This document shows positions 37,886 to 51,185 of a stretch of 64,000 bases of DNA, piece by piece; positions within the stretch are counted from its first letter, which is position 1; every line of letters starts with the position of its first letter. The translations under genes were made by a program, and so were the position numbers. Source of the stretch: Octopus vulgaris. Lineage: Eukaryota. Below the pieces are notes generated by a model. It saw nothing but the letters and a program-made list of their open reading frames with translations, made no database searches and had not been told where the DNA came from. The DNA lies in NCBI GenBank assembly GCA_951406725.2, contig OX597828.1, positions 70,990,001-71,054,000 on the forward strand. Direction: 5' to 3'.

Positions 37886-38103
37886 ATTTCTTTACTACCC
37901 ACAAGGGGCTAAACACAGAGAGGACAGACAAAGGGAGTAAGTCGATTATATCGACCCCAGTGCGTAACTAGTACTTATTTAATCGGCCCCGAAAGGATGA
38001 AAGGCAAAGTCAACCTCGGCGGAATTTGAACTCCGAATGTAGCGGTAGACGAAATACCGCTAAACATTTCACCCAGCGTGCTAACGTTTTCAGCCAGCTC
38101 GCC
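37886..38103 (-). mobile_element. SINE family B copy (another at ~37468-37670)
   Basis: Reverse complement of 32921-33150. Confidence 0.8.
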
Positions 38104-38120
38104 TTTTTTTTATTTATTTT

Positions 38121-38158
<38 letters not shown>

Positions 38159-38167
38159 CATATATAT

Positions 38168-38412
38168 ATCATCATCATCATCATCATCGTTTAACGTCCG
38201 TTTTCCGCGCTAGCACGGGTTGGACGGTTTCGACCGGGGTCTGGGGAGCTCGGGACTGCCCCAGGCTCCAGTCTAGTCTGGCAGTGTTTCTACAGCTGGA
38301 TGCCCTTCCTAACGCCAACCACTCCGCGAGTGTAGTGGGTGTTTTTTACGTGCCACCTGCACAGGTGCCAGAGGGGTCTGGCATCGGCCATGTTCGGATG
38401 GTGCTTTTTATG
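38168..38412 (-). mobile_element. Young family C copy abutting the ~355-bp tandem element
   Basis: CpG-intact (CAT)nCGTTTAACGTCCG...CTGGATGCCCTTCCTAACGCCAACC. Confidence 0.75.
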
Positions 38413-38656
38413 TGGGGGGGGAATATAGGGGAGCACCAGTGGGGAGGGGTGGTTCAGAGAAATGATGACAGGTTCTAGGCAAGTAGAACGTAGGATATCA
38501 AGAGAGGGGTAATGCATGTTGAAATAGCGTATTGAAGAGGGGGTTCGAAGAGTAGACACCTATAATGGTGGTGGGAGAAGCGACATCCGGTATAGATGGA
38601 GCAAAAATATAGAGATATCCGGTATTGGTGGTGGGGGTGGGCAAGGGCGGGTGCAC

Positions 38657-38834
38657 CGGGAATATGACGGGCTGGTTTAAAAATGCTCTTAGCAAAGGAA
38701 GAGGGGGGATGGCAGACAACGTAAAAGAGGGAGAGAGAGAAGGGAAATAGTGGAACCCCGCGGAAATGGGCCGCCATTGAAAAAAACCCCTGTATGGAGA
38801 AATAATATGCAATACAAGGCGAAGCTGAAAATAT

Positions 38835-38867
<33 letters not shown>

Positions 38868-39189
38868 GCAAATTTTCGACCGAGGATCAAAGGGACAATA
38901 CTAATACTACTAATAATAGTAATAATAATAAATAATAAACAGCTCAACCACAACATTAGATTAGAAAGACTCTCTTATCTTGGGAACATTTCGTTCTTCT
39001 GCCTGACACGGGAATATGACGGGCTGGTTTAAAAATGCTCTTAGCAAAGGAAGAGGGGGGATGGCAGACAACGTAAAAGAGGGAGAGAGAGAAGGGAAAT
39101 AGTGGAACCCCGCGGAAATGGGCCGCCATTGAAAAAAACCCCTGTATGGAGAAATAATATGCAATACAAGGCGAAGCTGAAAATAGTAA

Positions 39190-39225
<36 letters not shown>

Positions 39226-39542
39226 GCAAATTTTCGACCGAGGATCAAAGGGACAATACTAATACTACTAATAATAGTAATAATAATAAATAATAAACAG
39301 CTCAACCACAACATTAGATTAGAAAGACTCTCTTATCTTGGGAACATTTCGTTCTTCTGCCTGACACGGGAATATGACGGGCTGGTTTAAAAATGCTCTT
39401 AGCAAAGGAAGAGGGGGGATGGCAGACAACGTAAAAGAGGGAGAGAGAGAAGGGAAATAGTGGAACCCCGCGAAAATGGGCCGCCATTGAAAAAAAAACC
39501 CCTGTATGGAGAAATAATATGCAATACAAGGCGAAGCTGAAA

Positions 39543-39575
<33 letters not shown>
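38657..39575. repeat. ~355-bp tandem repeat, ~2.6 near-identical copies
   Basis: CGGGAATATGACGGGCTGG... recurs at ~38657, 39009 and 39367; units differ mainly in (AAT)n length. Confidence 0.92.
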
Positions 39576-39621
<46 letters not shown>

Positions 39622-40061
39622 TACATACATACAGTTTGCATCCTTGAGCAGGACATTTCATTCCATGTTGCTCCAGTCTGCTCGGCCGAAAATGAGTACC
39701 ACCCTTGCACTGGGGCAACATTTCTCATTCCTGCTGTCACATTCCTATATGGTCTGCTGGGTCAAAAGGTGACTGGTTGGAGAAAGTGCCTGTTCATTCA
39801 AATCTAAACAGCGAAAAGAATTTGTGAAAGCATGCTACAGGTATCATTCTCATTTGCATGTAACAGCTGTTTTATGCACATACATGTGTGTAATTTTTAT
39901 TTACATATTTATTTTTAACATGTCTAGACAGTTTTGGATGAAAAAATATACTGGTTGAAATACCAGTTTCTCATATCTTGCTGTACGCAGTGCCAATGTG
40001 TGTGTGTGTGTAAGAAATTAGAATGATGAAGGAATAAACAATTATGTTATGAATTTCATTG

Positions 40062-40139
40062 GCTTACAGCTGTTTTGGCTACACATACAATGTACTCCTA
40101 GTTGAATTCTTGTATATCACCCTATAGCTTCGTCAGAGC
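40062..40139 (-). ncRNA. Hammerhead motif with long stem-II loop
   Basis: Minus: GCT CTGACGA A GCTAT...GTAGC C AAAA CAGCTG TA AGC. The inverted partner arm retains GAAACAGCTGTAAGC at ~40202-40216. Confidence 0.65.
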
Positions 40140-40915
40140 TCCACTGAAACTATAGGGTAATACACAAAGATTCGACTATGAGTGCATCACATCTTGTAGC
40201 AGAAACAGCTGTAAGCCAATGAAGTTCGCGACATAATTTCTTATTATACTGCTCTGTACTCAACTGACACTTCATTCTGAAGCCTATGTTTATTGATATC
40301 TAACACCAGGTTATAAGTTTCACTGTGCTTAAGCAAAATATTAAAATATACAGACATATTTTGGTTGAGTCACTCTCTTGCTACTCTGAAGTTTTACCTC
40401 TGCATTCACAGTCATCAGGTGAGTCATGCATCATGCTAGATGACCTATAAACTCAATGGTATTGAGTGCTCTTTCTCCCTGACAGTCAACACTACATATA
40501 TATATATATATATATATACATACATACATACATACATACACACACACATCGTGCTGGTGGCACGTAAAAGCACCCACTACACTCTCGGAGTGGTTGGCGT
40601 TAGGAAGGGTATCCAGCTGTAGAAACACTGCCAGATCAGACTGGAGCCTAGTGCAGCCATCTGGTTCGCCAGTCCTCAGTCAAATCGTCCAACCCATACT
40701 AGCATGGAAAGCGGACGTTAAACAATGATGATGCATACATACATACATACATAAAATATATATTTTATCCCAAGACGGTGACAAATTCAAAAGGAGCTGT
40801 GGTCGGACACTTAGAATAATGTACTGGAAGGTAAGGTTGAAGGCGAAAATGAAATATTTAATCCATGATTGTTAGTCCAACAAAATATATTTTGTCAGAC
40901 TAACAATTATGGTTT

Positions 40916-40947
<32 letters not shown>

Positions 40948-43825
40948 GATAGATAGATTGATGTAACACACATTAATGTACACTCACTCTACTACTGGTT
41001 TCAGCCACTGGGCTGTGACCTTGCTGACAGCTGTCATAATGTTTTTCATAGCCTTTTGTATGTTATTTAGCAAACGAGGAAGTTTGATGTCACTGCTTTT
41101 CTCTATGTATCCACACTGCAATGTAGACTCACCCAGGATTATACACATTTGAGTGCCTACATTTAATTTGAAATGCTATGTATATATATATATATATATA
41201 TCCCTTATAACTTGAAGCATTGTGTGTGTTTGTGTTAGAATTTGTCATTCATTAAGGTAATATGTTAGTGTCTCCTTGTCTTTTGCATGGTTATTGTAAA
41301 TGAATGTCAATCATTTCCAGTATTCTGCAAAAACATGTCTGGCCACAGGGAAATATTGCCTAGCTTGGAAACAGGTGAAGGTTGGCAACAGGAAGGGCAT
41401 CCAGCTGTAGAAAATCTGCCTCAATAAACTCCATCCTGCTCAGATAAACATGGAAAAGTAGATGTTAGATGTTAGAACGACAATGATGACAATAAAGTAT
41501 GTCAGTGGCTAACATGTCCAAAGGCTGAAGAAAATGCTTATCTGTTTTGTATATGGTCAATGGAGAAAGGGACATTTGGACGGCCATCTTTATCATGAAC
41601 ACAGCTTTGTTATATAGATAGGGAATGGGGGGGGGGGGGAGCCAAGAAAATATTCTTTTTCATGTATATTTTAGAAATAACCATATAAGTAATTCTGGTT
41701 AATGAATCAAAGCACTTTCAGCTGGTTCCCACTTACCCATCCTTTCACCTCCTCAACTAATCTCATTAAATGGTATCACCTTCTCATTAAATGGTATTAC
41801 CTTCATATTTGGACTGATTCTGTTGTTGAACAACATTACATTGTCACTGGATAATATCAACATATTTCTTCATAGAAGTATTTTGTTATTGTCTATAACT
41901 AGAGTGTTGCCCATCATATTGGTAGATAATGCTGGGAATATACGTCTACCTCTGGGTCGTATCAGGTAATTACTGGAAATATAATAATTATTATTTTACT
42001 TTCTGTTAAGTTTGATGAGGAATGACTACTAATTTTTTAAATATATTTGTTAAAATGAATAAAGTAAATTTTTCATTTGTGTACTTGTAATAGATATATG
42101 TTATTAATAACAATAATAATGTTTAACTATCAATTCACAACATGTGAAACATTACTTGATCTTTCCTACATTGGCAAAAGCATGTTCCTAACATTACCTT
42201 GTCATATGATAGGTAGCACTCTACTCAGTGTATAGTAAGTAACCAAGGGAAATAAACCCAATAGCATAAAGAGTTGTCTCCCATTTGGAGACAGCCAAAC
42301 AGAAACAAAGGGAAATGAATCCAATATCAGAGTTAACTCTCTTTGTGAGACGGCTAAACAGAGACACAGAGACACACTGTCAGTTTTATTAAGAGCTAGG
42401 TTTTAACTGTTTATAAAACCCAAATATGCCTTGTGTTTTATCACACAAAGAAAGTAAAAGAAAAATCCTGACTATGAAATTTAACTACAAAGTCTGGTCC
42501 ATGTCAAACTTTGTCCTCTCTTAATTCTTCTCTTCTGCTACAGCTTCTGCTTTTCTCAAGTTACTGACTGTATACTTCCTCCACCATTACAAACCCAATG
42601 AAACAAACGTGTACCTCAGTCCTTCTTCTTTATTATAACCATGTCTCTCTGCTTGTGTTCCCATTCTGCCCATGCTCACCCACCAACCACTAATGTACAA
42701 ACTGAAAACTGAAAACCTACTACCTTTAACTATTCCTGCACTTCATGTCTTTTAGTCGAGAAGGGGCTGAAAATACTGCAGGTATTATTGTCCCCGCTAA
42801 AACAAGATACTGTTGACAGTATTGTTTATGTTTTGCAAGGAATATCTGCTCCATCTAGAAAGCCTAACTTACCAATCTAACTGATCCTATTTTAATATTA
42901 ACATATTGGTAAACTGATGCAATCAGATGTCCACTTAACTACTCTAATGAATGTCCTGCACCTACTGACCTTTAATTCTGCCAATGAAATGGAACTAGAT
43001 CCTATTGTCCTGCCAGATAAAGGCTGAGATGGTTCTGGAAGAAATAGTGTTAAGAAGACAAGCCATCCAGGAGAGAGTGGACACATAAGATGAAGAGGCT
43101 GTCGAGTCTGGAAGTACAAACATTCTCAGATGTTGGTCACTGAACTGTCTGTCCACACACCCCTATAGTTCTTGGTGAACTTGGTGACTCTTGGCTGTCT
43201 TTTACAAATTCAATCCGGTTATTGTTGCGACGAAGAAGTGACCACCACACCAATTGAAGAGAGACTTTTAAAAAAATTGCTACAGAGTAAGTTTTCTGGA
43301 CCAAGGTTACTTCCTAATTTCTATTGGTGAAAGAGAGAGAGCGAGAGAGAGATGCCAACATTAGCCTTCCTGATCCACAATCCATAAAAACCAATGGTTG
43401 TTAAACCATTGATGATGTTGATAATATTGTTAACACTATTATCACGTCTTCATTGCTGTTTAGATTGTGAATATCGATTATTTGTACATGTCTAACAAAA
43501 CATGTCTGCATTGCTTTCTTCTAAATTAACTTGTCAATATTCTCTTTCAGAACCCAGTGGACCAGCAGATATCACACTTATATGATATTGCCCAGTAGAC
43601 AGAAAGATATCGCTATATAGAAGGCATTCTTCTAAAAATAATGGACCACCAGTCTGTTCTCAACCAACGACTATGAAAGTTATTCTCTGCAATCTATTTC
43701 TCCATACGGTTCCAGTGTATTAAAAGACTCGCCTCTCCTCTTCACACTAGTTCTCTGAAATAGTTAGAGTTTATGTTGGCATTTCACTGCTACCACTATT
43801 GTTGTAGTAGTCAGTCATTTGAAAT

Positions 43826-44754
43826 ATGATTTCTTTTGATAAAACCCCGGTCTCCTCAGAAACCTGCCATTCTGTTATGCAATCGTACCCTAATCAGTCA
43901 TCTAATATTCCAGAAACAGCTATGTACTCCCCTTCATTTGCACTGCCTAATGACATGGGGTCTCGTTTACAGTATACCAAGCCTGCTGCCACTTTACCAA
44001 ACAATTCTATACAAGAACAGGCCCCCTACTTATATTCAAGTTTTCAACAACAGACTACAATTCAATATCCAACCACTAATAACTCGCTAGTTGATAATAG
44101 CAATCTTGCTGTGCTACACCAACCAACGAGATCAGAACTACCAGTTTCAAATAACAATCTGATAAATGTATATTCAAATAGTGTTTCTCAGTCGTTTTAT
44201 AACCAGACATTACAGAGTGAAGAAAGTGTTAATCTAATGCGTGCTAGGCCTTCAGATGGATTATTAAAAGAGTCACCTCCCAAAGACCGGATTTATGAAC
44301 ACATATCCCATGCACATTCTATTTCCAAATCCCACAAAAAGATAACAGAACTCAGTGATGAAGATTTGTCTTCAAGATTCCCATCTAGCCCTCTGATAAG
44401 TTCCAAAATTAAGCCCTCATCATTAACTTTGTACTCTAGTATTTGCAAGTCGTTGTCGTCGTCATCGTCATCATCTGTTGAAAACAAGAAGAGAAGGCGT
44501 TCGCGCTCACGTTCTTCTTCACCGTCTTACTCACGATCAAAGTCTCCTAGTTCCTACTCGAGATCCAGATCGTCATCTAGAAGAAAGTCTTCGAGAAGAT
44601 CTCGATCTAAAAGCCCTTATTCAAAAGGCAGAGGTCACTCGGACAAACCCCGATACAGCTCTAGGTTGAATGAGAATGACAAGTCATCCAAGAGATCATC
44701 GCGATCGAGGAGTCGAGAGAAGGACTACCATAGGGAGACATCCCAAGGTGATAA
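43826..44754 (+). CDS. SON: SON homologue, large coding exon (low-complexity N-terminal part + RS domain)
   Basis: 310-aa ORF ending in KKRRRSRSRSSSPSYSRSKSPSSYSRSRSSSRRKSSRRSRSKSP. Donor AA|GTAAGT after 44754 (phase 2) matches the next exon. 5' boundary uncertain (ATG 43826 with in-frame TGA two codons upstream, or acceptor at 43859/43860). Confidence 0.85.
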
Positions 44755-47297
44755 GTAAGTAGATAACCAGTTACATCTCTTCCTAGCAGCAGTTGAATAT
44801 TGCCAGGATTACATTCGACTAAGAATTCTATCTTTCTTCCTTTCTCTCCCTCTCTCTCTCTCTCTTTTTCTCTCTCTCTCTCTCTCTCCCTCCCTCCCCT
44901 TCTATCTCTCACTATCTTTCTCACTCATGTCTAAGAGGTAGGCAAAGAGAGAAAGAGAGGGAGAGAGAGAGAGAGAGAGAGATAGGAAAAGAAGTAGCAT
45001 CATAGTTTGGTACAGCGCCAAGCCTGTGACCTGACCATCAGTTTACCAATATCCTGGGACAAGCATGAAGATCACCTCTTCACCATGAACCCCTACCCCA
45101 TCTTCCTATGCAGTAAAACTAATTATATATTAATAAAGTAAATATCAATGTTGATAAACGTATTTTTGATGTGGTCAGTATACTTGACTTGTGTGGGCAG
45201 TAGTTGTTTGTGTATGCCCCCTCCCCATCATACATACATATACATACATATATAAAACTTTGAGATGGTTATGTCTTTAGCTGAGTAGAAATTGCTTTTC
45301 ATAAAGTGGAATTCAAACATAGATGCATGCTTGTGTGTAATGTAATGCTTTGTCCCAGAATGGCCATGGTCCACTGATTAGAACCAATAAATGAGTAAAA
45401 GGCCTTTTATGTATATACATAGTTTTTTTTGTTGTTATTTTGTGGTGCAAAAATATAAAAGTGTTCATCACCCCCTTGCGTAGAGTCTGATATATGTTTA
45501 ATCATGTGTAAAGTAAATAGGGTTCTGTATCTGTATCAAAGGTTTTTGTTTAGTCCTGTGATTGGTTGGACACACCAGTGAATGAAGAAGAAGAAATGAC
45601 TGATAATGGTTGAGTGGTTTAAGTGGCATCTGGACATGATCATGTGGTCTCTGATATCAATTGTTATCATATCCAGGAAGGTTTGTTTTATAGTTCTTGA
45701 GATTTAATTTAGGCTTGTGTTAGCAGACTGAAATAGGTTCTTTTTTGTTTAGAACTGGAGTGGTGCTAAATAATATAGAACTTCTCTGTAAAACATAGGC
45801 CACATTGTTGCAATCCATTCCTAACCGGTCAATGCCTTATCTTGTAATGTTATGAATATGCTGTTGCTGATCTCTCTTTTTCGTGTCTTGATTTCCTAAT
45901 AATATTCAGAAATGTTGTGGTGTCCTACAAGTCTCATTGTCAGAATGAATTGTTGCACTGCTAATGTTGGGGACTTTTGAATCTTTGCTCTGAATCAATC
46001 TTTTGTTGTTGTTTTTGCTGTTACTTGACACCCTCTTCACACCTGATTGAGTACACATATGATCAAAGACATTCCATCTGTGACCAGATGGCTTTTATTC
46101 TTCTTCAGTCAGATTACATCTTGATCTGCAATATTGAATGTGGCCTTTTTTTTTTTTTTTTAAGATGAAGACTGTTGTTTGAGAGAATTTTGGCTGCTGT
46201 TTCTAGTAAGTTGAGCATCAAGCATCTGTGTAGAGGCTCCCTCCTTGTCTGGTTGAAGTGTTGTTGGGGATGGGGAGGTATCTGCACATTTATATGTTGT
46301 ATTAAGATGTAAAATATCACTTACTCTTTTGCTTTTCGTTTCATTATTGTAATATGATCACACACACACTGTGTGTATATGTGTGTGTGTGTGTGTATAT
46401 ATATATATACACACACATACATACATACATATGCATGTGTTTTAAGTCTTTGCCTACCTGAACTTTGCAATAAATTTTACTCTACACTCAATGTTGAGTG
46501 CCTAAACCCCTTCAATGAAACCCCTTCAATGAATGTTCCTTTATTTTGCTCTTACTATTTTAAAAATAATAACCATAACTTAACATATATGCATATATAA
46601 TCACTTTGTTTACACCAGTCTTTTACTTCAAAGAGGGATAAAGATGAGAATACTCAGTGCCAAACGTAGAGTGTCTCCAAGTATGATTTGTTAAAGCTAA
46701 ATCTTGGGATTTTGTGACTGAACCATAACATTTGAAGGTTCAGCTTCTGTAAAAATGTTTGTGTGTGTGTTGATGGGGAAATCTGTGTGTCAAACACAAA
46801 CACCTTGTAGTGTATGGTTATGTTGAAGTTACATCCCGTTGTGCTCAGCTCAGCTTTTTTTCTTTCTCTCCTCTCATGAGTTACGTGTACAATTAGAGCT
46901 CAAAGTTGGTGCCTCAGCATGGCTGCAGCTCAGTGAATGAAACCACTGAAAGAGAAGCACACACACACAGCACATGTGTGCTGGAGAATGCTAGGACAAG
47001 CGAGGTATACACATGCACAGAGTAGTCCTCAGATGAACGAGAACTTATAGTTCCTTCATCTAAGACAAGTACCTCCGCTGTAGAAAGTTGGCTACAAGAA
47101 CAATCTTTGTCAAGCAAATATGGAAGAAATAGAAAGACAGATAAAGATCAGTAATCTGACTCTATTTATTTTCATGGAATACAAACAAATCATGGCTTAT
47201 GCTGTAACCACATCCGTTACATCACAAGGACCCATAATGTCATGGGTGTGTGGACTAGTACAAGGGCCTAGGATCTGTTAGGTAAGGCTAGGTCACC

Positions 47298-47443
47298 TCA
47301 TCTGAAGAATGTGACAAAAGGGCTTGCTTAAAAGATCAATAAGAACTTGTGTTATTCCATAGACCAACAACACTGTGTGTCCTTATTATGTAATGGACAT
47401 GGTTAAGGCATAAGCCATGGTTTGTGTGAAACAGCTGTCAAGA
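47298..47443 (+). ncRNA. Hammerhead-like motif with ~120-nt insert at stem II
   Basis: TCAT CTGAAGA...GAAA CAGCTG TC AAGA (palindromic stem III, GUC site). Confidence 0.4.
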
Positions 47444-47637
47444 CCAGACTATTGCATAACTCCTTTTGTTTATTTTGTATTCCATGTAAACATTAAGCTT
47501 CCTTGTGTTTATCTGCCTTACAGATAATATTATATAATATGCACACACACACTCACACACACATACATGTCATTTGTGATTTAATGAGGCTACCAAAGAT
47601 GTCATGTAAAGAGGAATATCTTAACAATTATCAAGCA

Positions 47638-47687
47638 GGCTTGATAATTATTAAGAGGTTACTCTTTATATGAAACCATTGGTAGCC
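47638..47687 (+). ncRNA. Degenerate hammerhead motif in the arm of a fold-back
   Basis: GGC TTGATAA TTATTAAGAG-GTTA-CTCTTTATAT GAAA CCATTGG TA GCC. Confidence 0.55.
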
Positions 47688-48022
47688 TTTTTAATCCACC
47701 AATGCATTGTTGAGCACTCATTTTTCACTGTTTGATCTTAGTGTACACACACACACACATATCCATGTGTGTATATGTGTAAGTTGTTGAAATATAAATC
47801 TACACAGTTAGGGCTTAAAACTCTTAATCCAAGCAGTATTGACACTTGAGATATGCTCTGTCCACCTAGATTTAAAAAAAAAAAACACTTCTGGACATAA
47901 TATGCACATTCCATTATTGTATGCTGATTATTTTTGTGATTTTTGTTGTTGTTAATGACATTGTCATGGTTACGATAACCCACCTAACACCTAGATTTTT
48001 TTTTTCTTATCCCTACTTTCAG

Positions 48023-48151
48023 ATACAGAGCATCAAGTAGACATAGGTCATATAACACAGACAGTAACCATTCCTCGACAACAGATAAATCTATCACATC
48101 AAAAGACGATCGATTAGCCATCGACAAAGTCAAGTTACACAATATTGCAGT
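48023..48151 (+). CDS. SON: SON homologue coding exon (YRASSRHRS...DRLAIDKVKLHNIAV)
   Basis: ctttcag| acceptor, |gtaagt donor, 129 nt, phase 2-2, open. IDKVKLHNIA resembles the SON DKAQLLEIA motif. Not in the supplied ORF track. Confidence 0.85.
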
Positions 48152-49205
48152 GTAAGTATTCACTTTACTCTCGGGTGCATCACTTTGCAGGGTATTCACA
48201 ATGGGTATGCCTAGGATATCAATAATATGTGTATGTGTATCTAGGACGTGGGCAGTGCATGATCAGCTGTATACCCAGTGCAAGGACTGTTTCTGCTCTC
48301 AGTGCTGTGTATATATCTCTGGGGTGTCTGTTATTAGCTGTACATATGTCTGTCTGTCTTTCTCTATGATATTAGCTACATGTGTTTCTATTGCTACATG
48401 TATGGGGGTTGTCAGTGTCAATTACACTGCATAACACCTTAGGCGAGTATCTTCTACCATAGTTCCAGGCTGACCAAAGCTTGGGGCTATAGTAGAAGAC
48501 CGATTCATCCTGGCCCCTTCTCATCTTCTCTGTGACGTTCAAGGTCCAAGATCAGCATCCTTCACCACTTTGTCCCATGTCTTTCTGGGTTTCCTTTTCT
48601 GCAAGCTCCATCCTCCTTCGGTCATCGGCACTTCCTTATACAGCTGCTCTCATTCAGCACACATCAGGCATCCATACCAGTGCACTCTTCTTTTTTCCAA
48701 CACTACGTCTGATTCCTCTTAATGCTCAGATTTTCTCTCAAGACATTTGTTCTATCTCATTCATACATACAGTGTATGTGTGTGTGTGTCTGTATGTGTA
48801 TGCATATGTGTGTATATATGAGCACTTGTTTGTGTATCATCATCGTCGTCATCATCATTATCGTTTAACGTCTGCTCTCTATGCTGGCATGGGTTGGATG
48901 GTTTGACTGAGGGCTGGCAAGCCAGAAGGTTGTACCAGGCTCCAATCCGATCTGCTTAGCAGTATTTCACCTGTTTTCTACAGCTGGATGCCCTTCCTAA
49001 TGCCAACTACTCCGAGAGTGTAGTGGGTGCTTTTTTATGTACCACTGACATGAGGGCCAGTCAGGTGGCACTGGCAGCAACCACGCTTGAACGGTGCTTT
49101 TTACATGCCATGTATGTGTGTGTGTGTAATTAACAGAGAGTTGTATTTAATGACATTGTTATGGTTTTGTGTTGACCTTTTGTTGATCTTCTGTTCTGTT
49201 TGCAG

Positions 49206-49291
49206 TGAGAAACTGATCAAATCTGGAACTGCAGCCAAAGAAGATATTGCATCATTGCGAGCTGGTGGGAAAACTGTTGAAGAGTTAATAA
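49206..49291 (+). CDS. SON: SON homologue coding exon (EKLIKSG...RAGGKTVEELI)
   Basis: tttgcag| acceptor, A|gtaagt donor, 86 nt, phase 2-1. GGKTVEEL resembles SON GGATIEEL. Confidence 0.9.
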
Positions 49292-49794
49292 GTAAGTACA
49301 CAGGGGTGGTTTTATCGGGTGGAACTTTCTACCCTGCTGTTCAATTAGTTTAATAGCTGTAAAAATTCCGTTGTATATCCAGTACTAAGATGAAGATGCT
49401 GTGGTGTTTATCCTTGTCTCTTTGATAATTCCATTCTAAAGATCCTGATGATGTACTTTTATTTGTCTAGGGCATCTCAGTGGGAGCTATTTTTGCTTGT
49501 ATATTGGCAGCAGTGGTCATTTTGGATTGTCTGAATGGTGTCTTTTAGGAGATGTTTCAGAGGATTACAGACAATCTGGTCCCTTTCCCCTTGAACCCAT
49601 CTTTTTGAGAGATTTAAGATCGTTCAAAGGACAAACCACACTGACCTTCCCTTAGTGGTTGGCTCAACATGTTGTCAGAGTCTGAGAGTTTGCGAAGGAC
49701 CGGCTCTTACGAACAGCTTGACCCTTTAGCATTCAATTTACTTTGATTAATTTAACACAATGCAAATCAGTAAGCATTACATTTGACAAAGTAA

Positions 49795-49878
49795 TCATTA
49801 TCATCGTCATTATCATTGTCATTATCATCGTCATTGTCATCGTCATTGTCATCGTCATTATCATCGTCATCGTCATCA
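49795..49878. repeat. (TCATCG/TCATTG/TCATTA)n hexamer tract
   Basis: Direct reading. Confidence 0.85.
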
Positions 49879-49924
49879 GACGTTAAACACTGATGATTAT
49901 TTTGTCAATGTAATGCTTATTACT

Positions 49925-50301
49925 CTCTTTACTCTTTTACTTGTTTCAGTCATTTGACTGCGGCCATGCTGGAGCACCGCCTTTTAGTCGAGCAAATCAA
50001 CCCCAGGACTTATTCTTTGTAAGCCTAGTATTTATTCTATCGGTCTCTTATGCCGAACCGCTAAGTTACGGGGACTTGAACACACCAGCATTGGTTGTCA
50101 AGCAATGGGGTGGGGGACAAACACAGACACACACACATATGACGTGCTTCTTTCAGTTTTCATCTACCAAATCCACTCACAAGGCTTTGGTCAACCTGAG
50201 GCTATAGTAGAAGACACTTGCCCAAGGTGCCACTCAGTGGGACTGAACCAGGAACCATGTAGTTGGTAAGCAAGCTACTTACCACACAGCCACTCCTGTG
50301 C
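49925..50301 (-). mobile_element. SINE family A copy
   Basis: Reverse complement of 9689-10078. Confidence 0.8.
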
Positions 50302-51185
50302 CTTTAAGTTAACCATGCATTATCTCATAGCTTTGAGATTTTGAAGATGTGATTGTTTATTTTTATATTGCCATTGTAAAATGTGTGTGAGAGTGTGGAT
50401 CTGGCCAGTTTGAACATAAAACCAGTAGGATATTTGGGTCCTGATTTGGCTGGTTTAAATGCTGAAGAGATAATAATATAAGGGCCTGAAATGAAGCGAG
50501 ACTTAGTGGAAGGGAGAGGATTGTGAGTGCCATGTGTATGGCAGTTTATTTCACCATATTTCTGTTTAAGTATGCTGTTATTTCCAAAATGAATTGAAAC
50601 CAAAGTAAAGAATTTAGTAAAGTAACTTGGGAAATTCAAATCACTTAAAAAAAACAGGATTTTTATATTTTAGAATCAGGAATGGTTTTTAAGTAAGTTG
50701 GCATCAAAACAGTTAAACCAAGCAATTAAGAACTTATTTAAAAGCTGTGTATAAGACACATATTGGCATCTTTATTTAGCACTATTAGAATTTGGTTGTT
50801 CAGTGCTTGGTTCCAAATTCCTACCCCAAAACAGAATTGTGATAATTCTAGCTGCAAACTGTGTCTATCTTAGTTTGATCTGTCTGTGATAAATTGTGTA
50901 ATAATATTTTGCTTTTAAGGGCCAATGGGCTGGTGGAATCCTTAGTCCACCGGTCAAAGTGCTTAGCGGCATTTCACCTATTTTCACATTCTGAGTTCAA
51001 ATTCTGCTGAAGAGGTCCTCTTTGCCTTTCATCAATTCAGGCTCAATAAAATAAGTACCAGTTGAGCACTGGGGGTCAATGTAGTCAACTTAACCCTTCC
51101 CCTGAACTTGCTGGCCTTGTGCCAAAATTTGAAACCAATTATTTTGCTTTTATTTCTGATCTTGTTGTTGTTGTTGCTGTAACAG

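Noticed and set aside
38498-39740. Repeated 60-135 aa ORFs in the 355-bp tandem
   Set aside because: No recognisable domain; they include (AAT)n runs and shift frame between copies.
46634-46680. Possible extra SON exon (GIKMRILSAKRRVSP)
   Set aside because: Weak acceptor, and its phase 2-1 is incompatible with the flanking phase 2-2 junction.
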